Positions 26,501-31,494 of a stretch of DNA of 32,000 bases are shown here, piece after piece. Source of the DNA: an uncultured bacterium (lineage in GTDB: Bacteria > Auribacterota > JACPWU01); the NCBI GenBank assembly GCA_964640155.1, contig CAZXEQ010000006.1, positions 99,013 to 131,012 on the forward strand. The letters are read 5' to 3'. Within the stretch, counting starts at the first letter, position 1; the number at the start of each line of letters is the position of its first letter. Under the pieces are notes generated by a model. The model was not told the DNA's origin and did not search any database. It saw only the letters and a list, made by a program, of their open reading frames with translations. A program made the translations under genes and the position numbers.

Positions 26501-29017
26501 TAAATCCTCTACTCTGACAACAAATTTTTGACTTAAAGGGGAGCGACCTTTTTCTACTAAATATTGATCTAATTCTCGTAGAGTTGTTCGAACACCTTCT
26601 TCATCTATATCTACTACCACAATTCTTTCAAATTGATTGGCGAGTTTTTCTAAACCTTCAGGGGTATACTCCATACCATTTCCAAGCCCTAATAAAAGAG
26701 CTGTCCCAGAAAGACCCTGAGCTCCTTCTAGAATAAGATCGCGACTTCTTTGAATATGTCCTTGATATTCGGCGGCATAACGAACCAACCATTCCCTAAG
26801 CCCTCTATTTTGTTTCTGAAATTCAGCGATGATACCTTCCGTAGGTTTTGGTTGTTTCTTCACCCACGCCTTAGCCAGTACCACAAGCCCAGGTTGATTT
26901 TCGCCATAGCGTTTGATCAGAGCTTCTGTGATCTCTGCAGCATCACCTGTTGTTTCTCTTAACTCCTCAAGTTCGGAAAAAAATTGAGTAACGATGGTGT
27001 CAGGATGTGCTTTTTTGAGTGATTCAATGAGATTTGTTACTTGCTCTAAACTTAATTTCTCTAATGCCCCTGCCCATTGATCCAGTGCATCTTTGATGTT
27101 CCCTTGTACATTCATCCAAATTTGTACAAGTAAGTCTGCATCTGTCTGTTCATATCGACCTGCTGCAAATCTCTTTAAGATACCCCCATACAACACCGCT
27201 GGGGTAAGCGTCCATCTCCCATCTTCTGTTTTTTCATGTGCAGCTAGTTTCTTTTGAGAAAATTCTGTTTGCTCAAAATCATACGGGCCTTGCATACCTT
27301 TTTCATAAATACTTTCATCCACTTTGCCCTGCATGTTAGGGATTACAACAGCGTAAGATATTCCCTTCTCGTCTAAGATTCTTTCAATACCTTCGGTGTG
27401 AAAGCCACCTGTTACTAAAACTGTAGTTCGTATCTCGTAATTCGTATTTCGTAAAAATACTTGTTCTTCTATACTTCTTGCTTCCTGTCTCCTGCTTCGT
27501 GCTTCTATTTGCTTTAATGCATTTTCCGCCATAACTTGATCCCGAGCTAAAGCTAGATCGTAAAAATGAAGGGATTCGTTGAGGAGGGATGCTAAACTAG
27601 ATGTCATTGCGAGTCCCGATGTTTTTAATTGGGACGAAGCAATCTGACTCAAAGCATCATTCAATTGGATCGCCACGTCGGCCCTCGGCCTCCTCGCGAT
27701 GACATTATCTTTATATGGATCCCCGACAGAAACACTCGGGGATGACAAACCCTCAAATTTCCTGTCATTCCCGAAAGCTTGTATCGGGAATCCATTTTTG
27801 AGTCGTTCATTCAGTTCCAAAATAAAATTTTTAATATTTATTTCTTTAACCTTTTCCAATCCTTTTCTCGTCGCTTTCAGCGCTATCAAATCCTTAATCA
27901 ATCCCCACTCTCTTACCATACGTTCTTCTTGAATTACGTTGTGGGCTTTTGAAAGCTCTAGCATCAAAGTATTGATCTTTTGCTCTAGCTCTTCATAGAT
28001 AGATTCTGATTTAAGATCTTCTTGATGCAGCTGAAGCTTGTAGTAATGAGAAAGTCCTGGATAGTTTTCTTCTAAGGATAATCCATTTTTTTCATAAGCC
28101 TCTTTCAAATGAGTCAAATATTCCAATATTCCCATTCGACCTAATCGATATTCTAAACTCCATTTCACCATTTCTTTTAATTCCTCATTTTTGAGACGAT
28201 GGCTTAATTCATCTAAAAGCTTCTTTAAGTCTGATTGAATTGTTTTGCTTTGTATGGCTTTAGCTGTTTTTAGGATTTCAAGCATTTCTTTTAAGTGGCC
28301 ATCCAGCTTCTGTCCATTCTTTTGTAATAAAACATCTAATTGTATTAATGCTTCGTCTAATTTCAGCTCGCCTTCTTTAAGTTGATTTTGAAGGTTTAAA
28401 AGCTCTTTCATCTCGTGAATGTAAGTCTTTTCGATGATGTTTTTGATTTGTTCATCAATTTTGTTTATTTCAGAAGAAAGTTCTTTGGCAAGTCTGCGTA
28501 CTTTAAGAAAGGCTTGTAGATTTTCTATGTAAAGCTTGCTCTCTTCTATTCCATATAGATCCAGTGAGTTCTGAAGCCCTGAACGCAATGCCGCGTATTC
28601 TGCACCAGTAAGATAACCCTCTTTTAGAAATTGCAAGCCCACTTTGCCCCGTACTTTATCCTCTGGAAAAGCCTTCAAAAGTTCTAAATCAAATTCTCCT
28701 TCTGCTCCTTCCATAAAGACATTTTTAAGGCCCAGCTCTTTTTGAAATACTTCAAGGGTCTTAGCAATGTTGATTTGGGCTTCTTCTTGGCAATGTAAAT
28801 CACGAATGAGAATAAGGAGAGAATCCTTATTTTTACCTTCTTTGATTTTGGAAAGGGTGACATCCGATAGTTTCAATTGTTTTAGTTGATCTAAAACTGA
28901 GAGGTTTTTAAGTGTAGATGATGATGAAGCCGCTGAAGAAAGAACCTCTGCCATCGATTGATGGTCTGGGAAAATACAGTTCGCAAAGAATATAAATATT
29001 AAAAGGATTCGCAACAT
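17516..29017 (-). CDS. Giant (3,833 aa) multidomain, multi-TM protein of unknown function
   Basis: Uninterrupted 11.5-kb ORF, ATG at 29017, TAA at 17516-17518. Domain-level motifs are listed as separate sub-features. I recognise no overall family. Confidence 0.85.
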   Translation of the reverse strand: MLRILLIFIFFANCIFPDHQSMAEVLSSAASSSSTLKNLSVLDQLKQLKLSDVTLSKIKEGKNKDSLLILIRDLHCQEEAQINIAKTLEVFQKELGLKNVFMEGAEGEFDLELLKAFPEDKVRGKVGLQFLKEGYLTGAEYAALRSGLQNSLDLYGIEESKLYIENLQAFLKVRRLAKELSSEINKIDEQIKNIIEKTYIHEMKELLNLQNQLKEGELKLDEALIQLDVLLQKNGQKLDGHLKEMLEILKTAKAIQSKTIQSDLKKLLDELSHRLKNEELKEMVKWSLEYRLGRMGILEYLTHLKEAYEKNGLSLEENYPGLSHYYKLQLHQEDLKSESIYEELEQKINTLMLELSKAHNVIQEERMVREWGLIKDLIALKATRKGLEKVKEINIKNFILELNERLKNGFPIQAFGNDRKFEGLSSPSVSVGDPYKDNVIARRPRADVAIQLNDALSQIASSQLKTSGLAMTSSLASLLNESLHFYDLALARDQVMAENALKQIEARSRRQEARSIEEQVFLRNTNYEIRTTVLVTGGFHTEGIERILDEKGISYAVVIPNMQGKVDESIYEKGMQGPYDFEQTEFSQKKLAAHEKTEDGRWTLTPAVLYGGILKRFAAGRYEQTDADLLVQIWMNVQGNIKDALDQWAGALEKLSLEQVTNLIESLKKAHPDTIVTQFFSELEELRETTGDAAEITEALIKRYGENQPGLVVLAKAWVKKQPKPTEGIIAEFQKQNRGLREWLVRYAAEYQGHIQRSRDLILEGAQGLSGTALLLGLGNGMEYTPEGLEKLANQFERIVVVDIDEEGVRTTLRELDQYLVEKGRSPLSQKFVVRVEDLSGVLADFSIRVEEIVKTSALPEYAVAQLIKLIQSLEIRNIDLSSYQASYVVSSLVMTQLASFIYQYSHNLFSKKFGPNILNNHSFLAALNRLATELPSRHIQQLARWVQPQGRVYLSDTLAEIRMQRYWTGQILQGNPMVMLGTDILEREVEKKFDYQVRPWIDGKTFWEWERVPVGTSTGSQGSKFVVGAMVLKPKNIQSKSATAKPIGSKMKKIEFEAKVKEKGIEKFPVMENATSLAQSLVLGKQAQTPQFKAAFPDFERDVVLVQRLMRGENVQEVLAELSRQSERPLPAQRIEFHTIPESEIIRDEQGLPIRAGSYIDSGTLHVFVTSGNAIGAFHEIYEMLILPLDASLPKDNPNNIYHTLAALAETGFEDEFVSRRFKEQVQAMSPEVVRSFIEAYDQAKKEIAQKFPDEKDPKRVYALAHAEALHSLVKEKLSPATTAKKDSKVFFANRGSIGCLVAIFAIAAACISLSLMFMGSPNTPPPQLRAPPTAANAFAHMRDAAPDVIRLSSRRPRTPEELNELVKHLLWHGESSFRFQVGDKTVYIDPYWLSDSESSHPADIIFITHSHYDHFNPRQYLPLISRPNTIFVAPQDVADRLRAAGAPNVVHVVRPGDHLEIEGIKIKAVPAYTTNPDPIANTHPRENNWVGYVIETPDGRRLYHAGDTDFIPEMRDLSNDNLDIALLPVGGHGFTMDAQQAAEAAAVIRPVVAVPMHYSTEVVTAQEEAAGEFANRLRGSSIPVRILIPWFDRPEDIERFQRALGSEDPTVILRQTPQGVTRDAGIRQDRSRMQKGKGEVIKEDVNLEPRKNARPSAIQRSSIKSNVAALAIAVATALSAPLIAQAQPVPPTVTAPAAERLQPVEMPTTSEEETLQSVQETTVSQTQISDLPPIGSGRFSLPVGRLTPPASESEASATSTITPTLTPAQERRFTYRFSGSLSFPNEAPDIDPLTRTFIGPRPVDPQVNLREATANVRIWDGLFNGHMPIYAGLTWQNIPYRHRGNIRTLSWAVVNLGASFWGNLIDRPSDRLSIASDLRLLGSLTPGGYFAPGADIQANMTYESPHTAAALRLGGRIVGLPTSDFGGRAGVIYPYSSLSAPRSDIPTDRFVLSGLYTNFHFNVAALRAALPESAPVRVWSGMRVSLVDIPYETLDWRVVVGLTSTWGLSAWGYAGKRIYVYRPPSGGIPESSIYGGSITWVPSDLPVLIGAAYRYATPPNEPLFTVFPNQHEVTARAAVGIWNGVSLTFSCAYAEQVAGFYTGVSTCILGRSDSPNRGFRSTDPIGRNLPTLTRPVSGPLAFDAMEGGVMQKGGEREGEVEIKSDETRSAEPVKSVEAGKGVLIPVYKITDALVSPLNVLLMKPISQDTKEDFIVPVIEEGLLMLTFLLGPWAYVAARILFVALHAFQDHAPLEGRKRTLFEKILIPSIISTIGIVACLVAPLIFSASLIPWAIFLSGLVMHIASNRYVTLTGSKLQKGVIQADYDHLLSDDGGIRDALVNGEFACVGIVTKVEKRGKPSRELAQIDLYYNTQLSDTQGNIRKVGPIKVQEQKIQISPAHLKVLDDAIKDLEIEFHLENTKIIFIKGQRAHYSVERNQIFLNLELLENPSELRKFLFHVAVERSDIHMGLDGPSMRELKKLFQGTPQQREEWLLNTRFGIGNSSIPRSSRLTDEITILAQASHERLLAPSNEMNQIIEENVELLLSDEFYRLYQACSRDADQFGRFRVNIMMDPSGKMILSDPDDRNAARIWRIGWRWVGLQFFMRSRGTVGMAFSNHIFIPFRRGAQVNTGILRRTNRLDTTPQQMDRDLLNHQQWQVLQETLDRVNKPEKPCYWEMEFSDRLVFGILTRLAVIQESTKGNLPLSQVRQVMRQVILENLEESDYPFSFRILDLIEPRLLSAIPEYCEDETKMELTRELRRCVLGFIPIRDDVESDESFISKEIQNAKEYGEYEQLLFAMIEKWGSSGLYWRDIRSWRKSLNSLNLSPEDRQAILLLMTDIVQKMDREDVLIFFKKGFFDLLRLFSNTDGEGRRKLEIETCGEYIEELRKITNSDSTVFSCLYYIMKALEGKDSKTLETTKKEIVRILALDWNKRMPPLRALLKQLSPIDYESYLNRKGTQPINTAGAVTITGEELSAVQHEAVNTTIREAFISEVQRAITSEELKDLDPDGFIQANNVSVYEISSLSQFDGFLVAHPGRGGEAFNHQLRQIYLSPVQVQFIRSLSREAKREFWEHEIGHIVMANETNGEATEDEVQERYPVNLVLKNALVEKLLSEMRQRNLITEANSKKIQKLLTSITDLKRFTNRESIETLKTLLKWVQSGKLNTDTVVIALEVALYSSEKFKKRLRALNDIMINMHKQGDSEKELENRVVGEISNFFSLASLWIENTKVVGENISYILVHIMELSDYAGNENRRRFVFETALNWFESENVTFANVPKVILVIRHLETSFQISSSAEADEFKTLVREIRTDWLDSPDTTPENAVSRLKEVVAAIPTVADDFLSEILAPGFNGMFNTLAGKESKVVTIRKRLALLKARRTPLSLDDDNFSQGVISDQTVGKTLSETLTKVKATRETQVVGKTVSVMFNKLGELAKKGEETSSLDQALKHYTMTDAYRDLDRTVKKALENMRLLALGDQAFVSLGDSKKNESHYEEIHGITSMDSSSGTSALSETKVRNHGHTSMELLDGISFAHMGYQGKAMERNTESILLPSIYIGRDTLEYLAKERPELLNILLRIEVERHRWRKNNGYKKDPRTTQQVAKAAEVTALELEELNKALAKALAIQLLNIKKLDVTQLAETVEAASRETEGRPRRMVMNGHDIGMLNHYWVEAVAEVLAERLQALEDVEEAERVRKAHFEIKGIQKNLQDRTIASLAQIIWSKLDDESESIELNMSNGEVKIFQEMTTSGSVIPNTPVPVTTDQRQLICQMITRFSYWNSVLINLKGENIRSQEDLKKVLEKYLLPPASQGQHEMGNQRHAQEYAEMMA
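19772..19786 (-). other. Giant ORF: HExxH zinc-metallopeptidase motif
   Basis: REFWEHEIGHIVMANE. The HEIGH codons are atgtccaatctcatg on the plus strand. The context is GGEAFNHQLRQIYLSPVQVQFIRSLSREAKREFWEHEIGH. Confidence 0.55.
22080..22400 (-). other. Giant ORF: CPBP (CAAX protease / bacteriocin-processing, Abi) type intramembrane protease signature
   Basis: VIEEGLLMLTF has the EE of motif 1 at 22352-22357, but no Arg at +5. LFVALHAF is FxxxH, 26 residues later. LVMHIASN is HxxxN, about 57 residues later (22094-22114). All three lie within hydrophobic helices. The spacing matches the CPBP family. Confidence 0.5.
22700..23700 (-). other. Giant ORF: beta-strand-rich, outer-membrane-barrel-like region
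   Basis: Repeated amphipathic, aromatic-ended segments: FTYRFSGSLSF, RTLSWAVVNLGASFW, ADIQANMTYE, AAALRLGGRIVGL, FVLSGLYTNFHFNV, VRVWSGMRVSLV, DWRVVVGLTSTWGLSAWGYAGKRIYVY, VLIGAAYRYA, GVSLTFSCAYAE. A Ser/Thr/Pro-rich linker precedes the region. Confidence 0.45.
23949..24115 (-). other. Giant ORF: internal Met plus Sec-type signal-peptide-like segment
   Basis: MQKGKGEVIKEDVNLEPRKNARPSAIQRSSIKSNVAALAIAVATALSAPLIAQA-QP has a basic n-region, a hydrophobic core and an AxA (AQA) cleavage-type motif. The Met codon is at 24113-24115, in frame. Confidence 0.55.
24330..24895 (-). other. Giant ORF: metallo-beta-lactamase-fold hydrolase domain (UPF0173/Lactamase_B_2-like)
   Basis: VYIDPYW...ADIIFITHSHYDHF (the HxHxDH motif lies at about 24770-24790), then YHAGDTDF and LLPVGGHGFTMDAQQAAEAAAVIRPVVAVPMHY. 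Confidence 0.85.
25050..25130 (-). other. Giant ORF: transmembrane segment
   Basis: GSIGCLVAIFAIAAACISLSLMFMGSP is an uninterrupted hydrophobic stretch followed by a Pro-rich linker. Confidence 0.7.
26140..26750 (-). other. Giant ORF: class I SAM-dependent methyltransferase fold
   Basis: Motif I ALLLGLGNG (about 26674-26700). The acidic end of beta-2 is IVVVDID (about 26603-26623), and beta-3 is RVEDLSG. Motif IV-like ASYVVSSLVMTQL, and post-IV LARWVQPQGRVYLSD (compare LKPGG-x-l-x-sD). Confidence 0.65.
27428..27504. repeat. Two heptanucleotide tandem tracts inside the giant ORF
   Basis: 27428-27455 reads tcgtatc tcgtaat tcgtatt tcgtaaa. 27477-27504 reads cttgctt cctgtct cctgctt cgtgctt. They are translated as ...EARSRRQEARS...RNTNYEIRTT... 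Confidence 0.8.
27603..27795. repeat. Four consecutive palindromic repeat units inside the giant ORF, read through in frame
   Basis: The units are 27603-27644 gtcattgcgag...gacgaagcaatc, 27669-27704 gatcgccacgtcggccctcggcctcctcgcgatgac, 27716-27747 atggatccccgacagaaacactcggggatgac and 27764-27795 gtcattcccgaaagcttgtatcgggaatccat. The last two match the intergenic units at 13639-13719. Confidence 0.85.
28943..29017 (-). other. Giant ORF: N-terminal hydrophobic leader (signal peptide or signal anchor)
   Basis: MLRILLIFIFFANCIFPDHQSMAEV has a basic residue followed by a hydrophobic run. FANC is only loosely lipobox-like. Confidence 0.6.
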
Positions 29018-29285
29018 ATTCTCTTTTCTTTTTTGATGATTAGCTTACAGAACCTACAAGCAAAAAGTAGTATACCATAAAAAGCTCAAAACTCCAAATC
29101 TAGAGATAATATAATTTTATAATATACTCTTAGAGAATATATTATAAATAAAACAAAACTTATATTCCAATGAATATACCAATGCTAGGATAACCGATAG
29201 ACTCTTCATTAGATATTTTGACTTCATTTCCACGAGAAACCAGAGTATCATAGCTTCCAGAAGCCAAATAGAAAGAGAACTCCAA

Positions 29286-29564
29286 ATGAACTCCACCCTG
29301 CTTAAGGGACTATTAGAAGAACGAATTGTTTCCCTAGGTTCTAAAGATCTATCAAGATTTCCATTTCCCATCAAAGGGATTGTGAGAATATTAAGCAAAA
29401 AGGGAGACACGGTGGCCATTCTTTTCAGCAAAGAAGCGTTGGAAGAATTCGAAGAAGAACTGGATGCTACAGATCCCTCATTTCTCGCTTCACTCGAAGA
29501 TTCTCGCAAGTCAGGTCTGACCTCAGCTAAAGAACTCAAGAGGAAAATGGGTCTTAAGAAATGA
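29286..29564 (+). CDS. Phd/YefM-like antitoxin candidate
   Basis: 92 aa. GIVRILSKKGDTVAILFSKEALEEFEEELDATDPSFLASLEDSRKSG resembles Phd/YefM-type antitoxins. The stop overlaps the RelE-like start (ATGA at 29561-29564). Confidence 0.55.
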   Translation: MNSTLLKGLLEERIVSLGSKDLSRFPFPIKGIVRILSKKGDTVAILFSKEALEEFEEELDATDPSFLASLEDSRKSGLTSAKELKRKMGLKK

Positions 29565-29812
29565 CTTATGAGTTCACCAAACATGCTGAAAAGGAATTCC
29601 TCAAACTTCCGCTCAACATACAAGTGCGCGTTCTTAAAAAGATTGAATCTTTTCTTCGTACAAGCAATCCTCTTTCCTTTGCCAAACCCTTGGTTGGAAC
29701 GACTAAAACCTTCAGATTTAAAATCGGAGATTATCGAGCTATTTTCGATTGGCAAAAAGATTACATTCTTATATTGAGAGTTGGGCATCGAAGAGAAATT
29801 TACAAAAAATAA
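29561..29812 (+). CDS. relE: RelE/ParE-superfamily type II toxin (paralog of 475-753)
   Basis: 83 aa. FRFKIGDYRAIFDWQKDYILILRVGHRREIYKK carries the same GDYR...GHRREIY signature. Confidence 0.85.
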   Translation: MTYEFTKHAEKEFLKLPLNIQVRVLKKIESFLRTSNPLSFAKPLVGTTKTFRFKIGDYRAIFDWQKDYILILRVGHRREIYKK

Positions 29813-29905
29813 TTCAAGACGATCTAGATTTGCAATCACCCCCAACACCAGAAAAACAATCGCCCAAACCAGAAGCAAACCCATCAGACCACATTCGAAA
29901 AATTC

Positions 29906-30634
29906 TTATTCTTTCTTCAAAATGGAAGGTTGAGTAGAGATAACAGGAGGTTGATTTTCTGAGAGGACAATAAAACGATATTCGTAAGTATTTAAGATAG
30001 ATGTTTTTTGATAAATACTTATTTGATTATCAACGATGTTTTCATAAGCCGTATGGCCATGAAGCCAAAGCGTAGGAGTCAAATCATCCATTAAATGCCT
30101 AAAACATTGAAAACCTCGATGACATAAATCCGCATCATCATGAATTCCAAAAGGTGGGGCATGAGATACAATCATCAATTTATGTTTTTTTCCTTTAAAC
30201 CAATCCACAAAACGCTGAATACCAAACTTAAGTTCTGAATTTCGGACAATCTTGGCCATGTCATTTTCACTGTATTGAGGCCCTTTTCCATTATACCAAA
30301 GGCATCCTTCAAACCCCATTAACACCCAATCTTTAAAAACAAACAATTGTCCATGAATATCCTGAAGGCTGTGTAAGTCCTGATGATACATGGGAATTTC
30401 AAGAAAGGTATGGGGTTCTTCCTCTGCTTCCTGTTTCCACCCTCTCCTGGGATCATGATTGCCACGCACACACACCACTTCTTTATCTAACCGATGTGAC
30501 AAAAATTCAAGGTAGGATGCGGGTAAATCTCCGCATGAAACAATGAGATCAACTTCCCTTAAATCTTCAGGAGAAGTTTCAATCCAATGAATCAGCCGAG
30601 TGCTCTCTTTATCAGAAACCGCTAAAATTTTCAT
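29906..30634 (-). CDS. Calcineurin-like metallophosphoesterase
   Basis: 242 aa. KILAVSDKES (motif I has Asp but no His), VSCGDL, VRGNHD, IVSHAPPFG and WLHGHTAY. It overlaps the upstream gene by 4 nt. Confidence 0.8.
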   Translation of the reverse strand: MKILAVSDKESTRLIHWIETSPEDLREVDLIVSCGDLPASYLEFLSHRLDKEVVCVRGNHDPRRGWKQEAEEEPHTFLEIPMYHQDLHSLQDIHGQLFVFKDWVLMGFEGCLWYNGKGPQYSENDMAKIVRNSELKFGIQRFVDWFKGKKHKLMIVSHAPPFGIHDDADLCHRGFQCFRHLMDDLTPTLWLHGHTAYENIVDNQISIYQKTSILNTYEYRFIVLSENQPPVISTQPSILKKE

Positions 30635-31494
30635 TTGGGTTTAATAAGCCCTTTTAAAACCCCGACAAAATCTTTAACACGGCCGGGCAAACTTTCAAAA
30701 AAATTTACATGACTAAATTTTTCTACAAAATCCCTTCGAGTAAAGTCAAAGCCCACATCATACCCTGCCTTTTGACTCAAATAATATTTATGAAGCATCA
30801 TCCACACATAAAGATCCGTATAGGTTCGATGAGGGAAATCATCCAAAAGCTTATCTTCAATGAAGGTATTGATAGCAGGAAGAAAACGAGTTTCATACCA
30901 AAGGAAGCTTGCATAAATAATATCTTTATTTGCAATACTCCCCACTTCATAATTCTTTTTAAAATCTAAAATTTCTTCGTAAAGCTTGCTAAAACTGGTT
31001 AATTCAGAAACTTTGAGGGGATGAATAAGAATTTTGTTTTTTAAATAGGTTTTCTTTTGAAAAGAATCTTCTTCAATCGCAATCAAAAACTGTTTCGCTT
31101 CCTCTGTCGAAAACTTGTATTTCTTTTTGGGATCTAATTTTAAATCAAAACGAATTTCTCTAATCTCCGCATCAATAAACTCTTTTTTTTCTTCAAATTT
31201 GGCGACACTCACACGGTGATGACCATCAATGACAAAATATTTATCATCGACTTGATAGACTTGAATGGGAGGAAGCTCCATTCCTTGCTGGATGGCCTGT
31301 AAAACACTTAAATATTTTTCATCTGTTTTTTTACTTCGAGGTAAAAAATTATTATTAAAATCTCTATATCTTCCCAAACTTCCAACTATTTTTTTGATAG
31401 GAATAGCACGAATTCCCTTATGAACTTCTGAAACACGTTCTAAGTTTTCCTGAACTGTTGAAAAATCGATCAATTGACCTTCTCTACCGATCAC
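30631..31494 (-). CDS. ParB/sulfiredoxin-fold (ParB-like nuclease N-terminal domain) protein with an uncharacterised C-terminal domain
   Basis: 287 aa. ELPPIQVYQVDDKYFVIDGHHRVSVAK is the ParBc-type core (DGHHR). I do not recognise the C-terminal ~150 aa. Confidence 0.65.
   Translation of the reverse strand: MIGREGQLIDFSTVQENLERVSEVHKGIRAIPIKKIVGSLGRYRDFNNNFLPRSKKTDEKYLSVLQAIQQGMELPPIQVYQVDDKYFVIDGHHRVSVAKFEEKKEFIDAEIREIRFDLKLDPKKKYKFSTEEAKQFLIAIEEDSFQKKTYLKNKILIHPLKVSELTSFSKLYEEILDFKKNYEVGSIANKDIIYASFLWYETRFLPAINTFIEDKLLDDFPHRTYTDLYVWMMLHKYYLSQKAGYDVGFDFTRRDFVEKFSHVNFFESLPGRVKDFVGVLKGLIKPK

Larger units (their letters stand above)
27280..28840 (-). other. Giant ORF: possible Tiki/TraB/ChaN-like module split by a long coiled-coil and repeat-derived insert
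   Basis: Motif-level only. LLILIRDLHCQEEAQ (His about residue 75), VFMEGAEGEF (Glu about 103) and VLVTGGFHTEG (His about 540) resemble the GxxH / E / GxxH pattern of that superfamily. The first motif lacks the Gly. Confidence 0.25.

Noticed and set aside
27603-27795. Possible CRISPR array, because of closely spaced palindromic repeats
   Set aside because: The four units are of different sequence types and orientations with irregular short gaps. They lie inside a long ORF, and no cas genes are present. This is a REP/MITE-like pattern, not repeat-spacer architecture.
29018-29285. AT-rich divergent promoter region with small dyads (tatatt-ccaatg-aatata near 29160-29190, repeated tagaga-aatata motifs)
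   Set aside because: It may hold the antitoxin operator and the giant-gene promoter. But the repeats are short and the region is so AT-rich that chance matches are expected, so this is not strong enough to annotate.
29117-29884. 255-aa ORF on the minus strand between the giant gene and the phosphoesterase gene
   Set aside because: It is antisense to the Phd-like/RelE pair, which has a clear family signature (GDYR...GHRREIY) and an ATGA-coupled architecture. The minus-strand translation is low-complexity with no recognisable motif, so it is most likely a shadow ORF.
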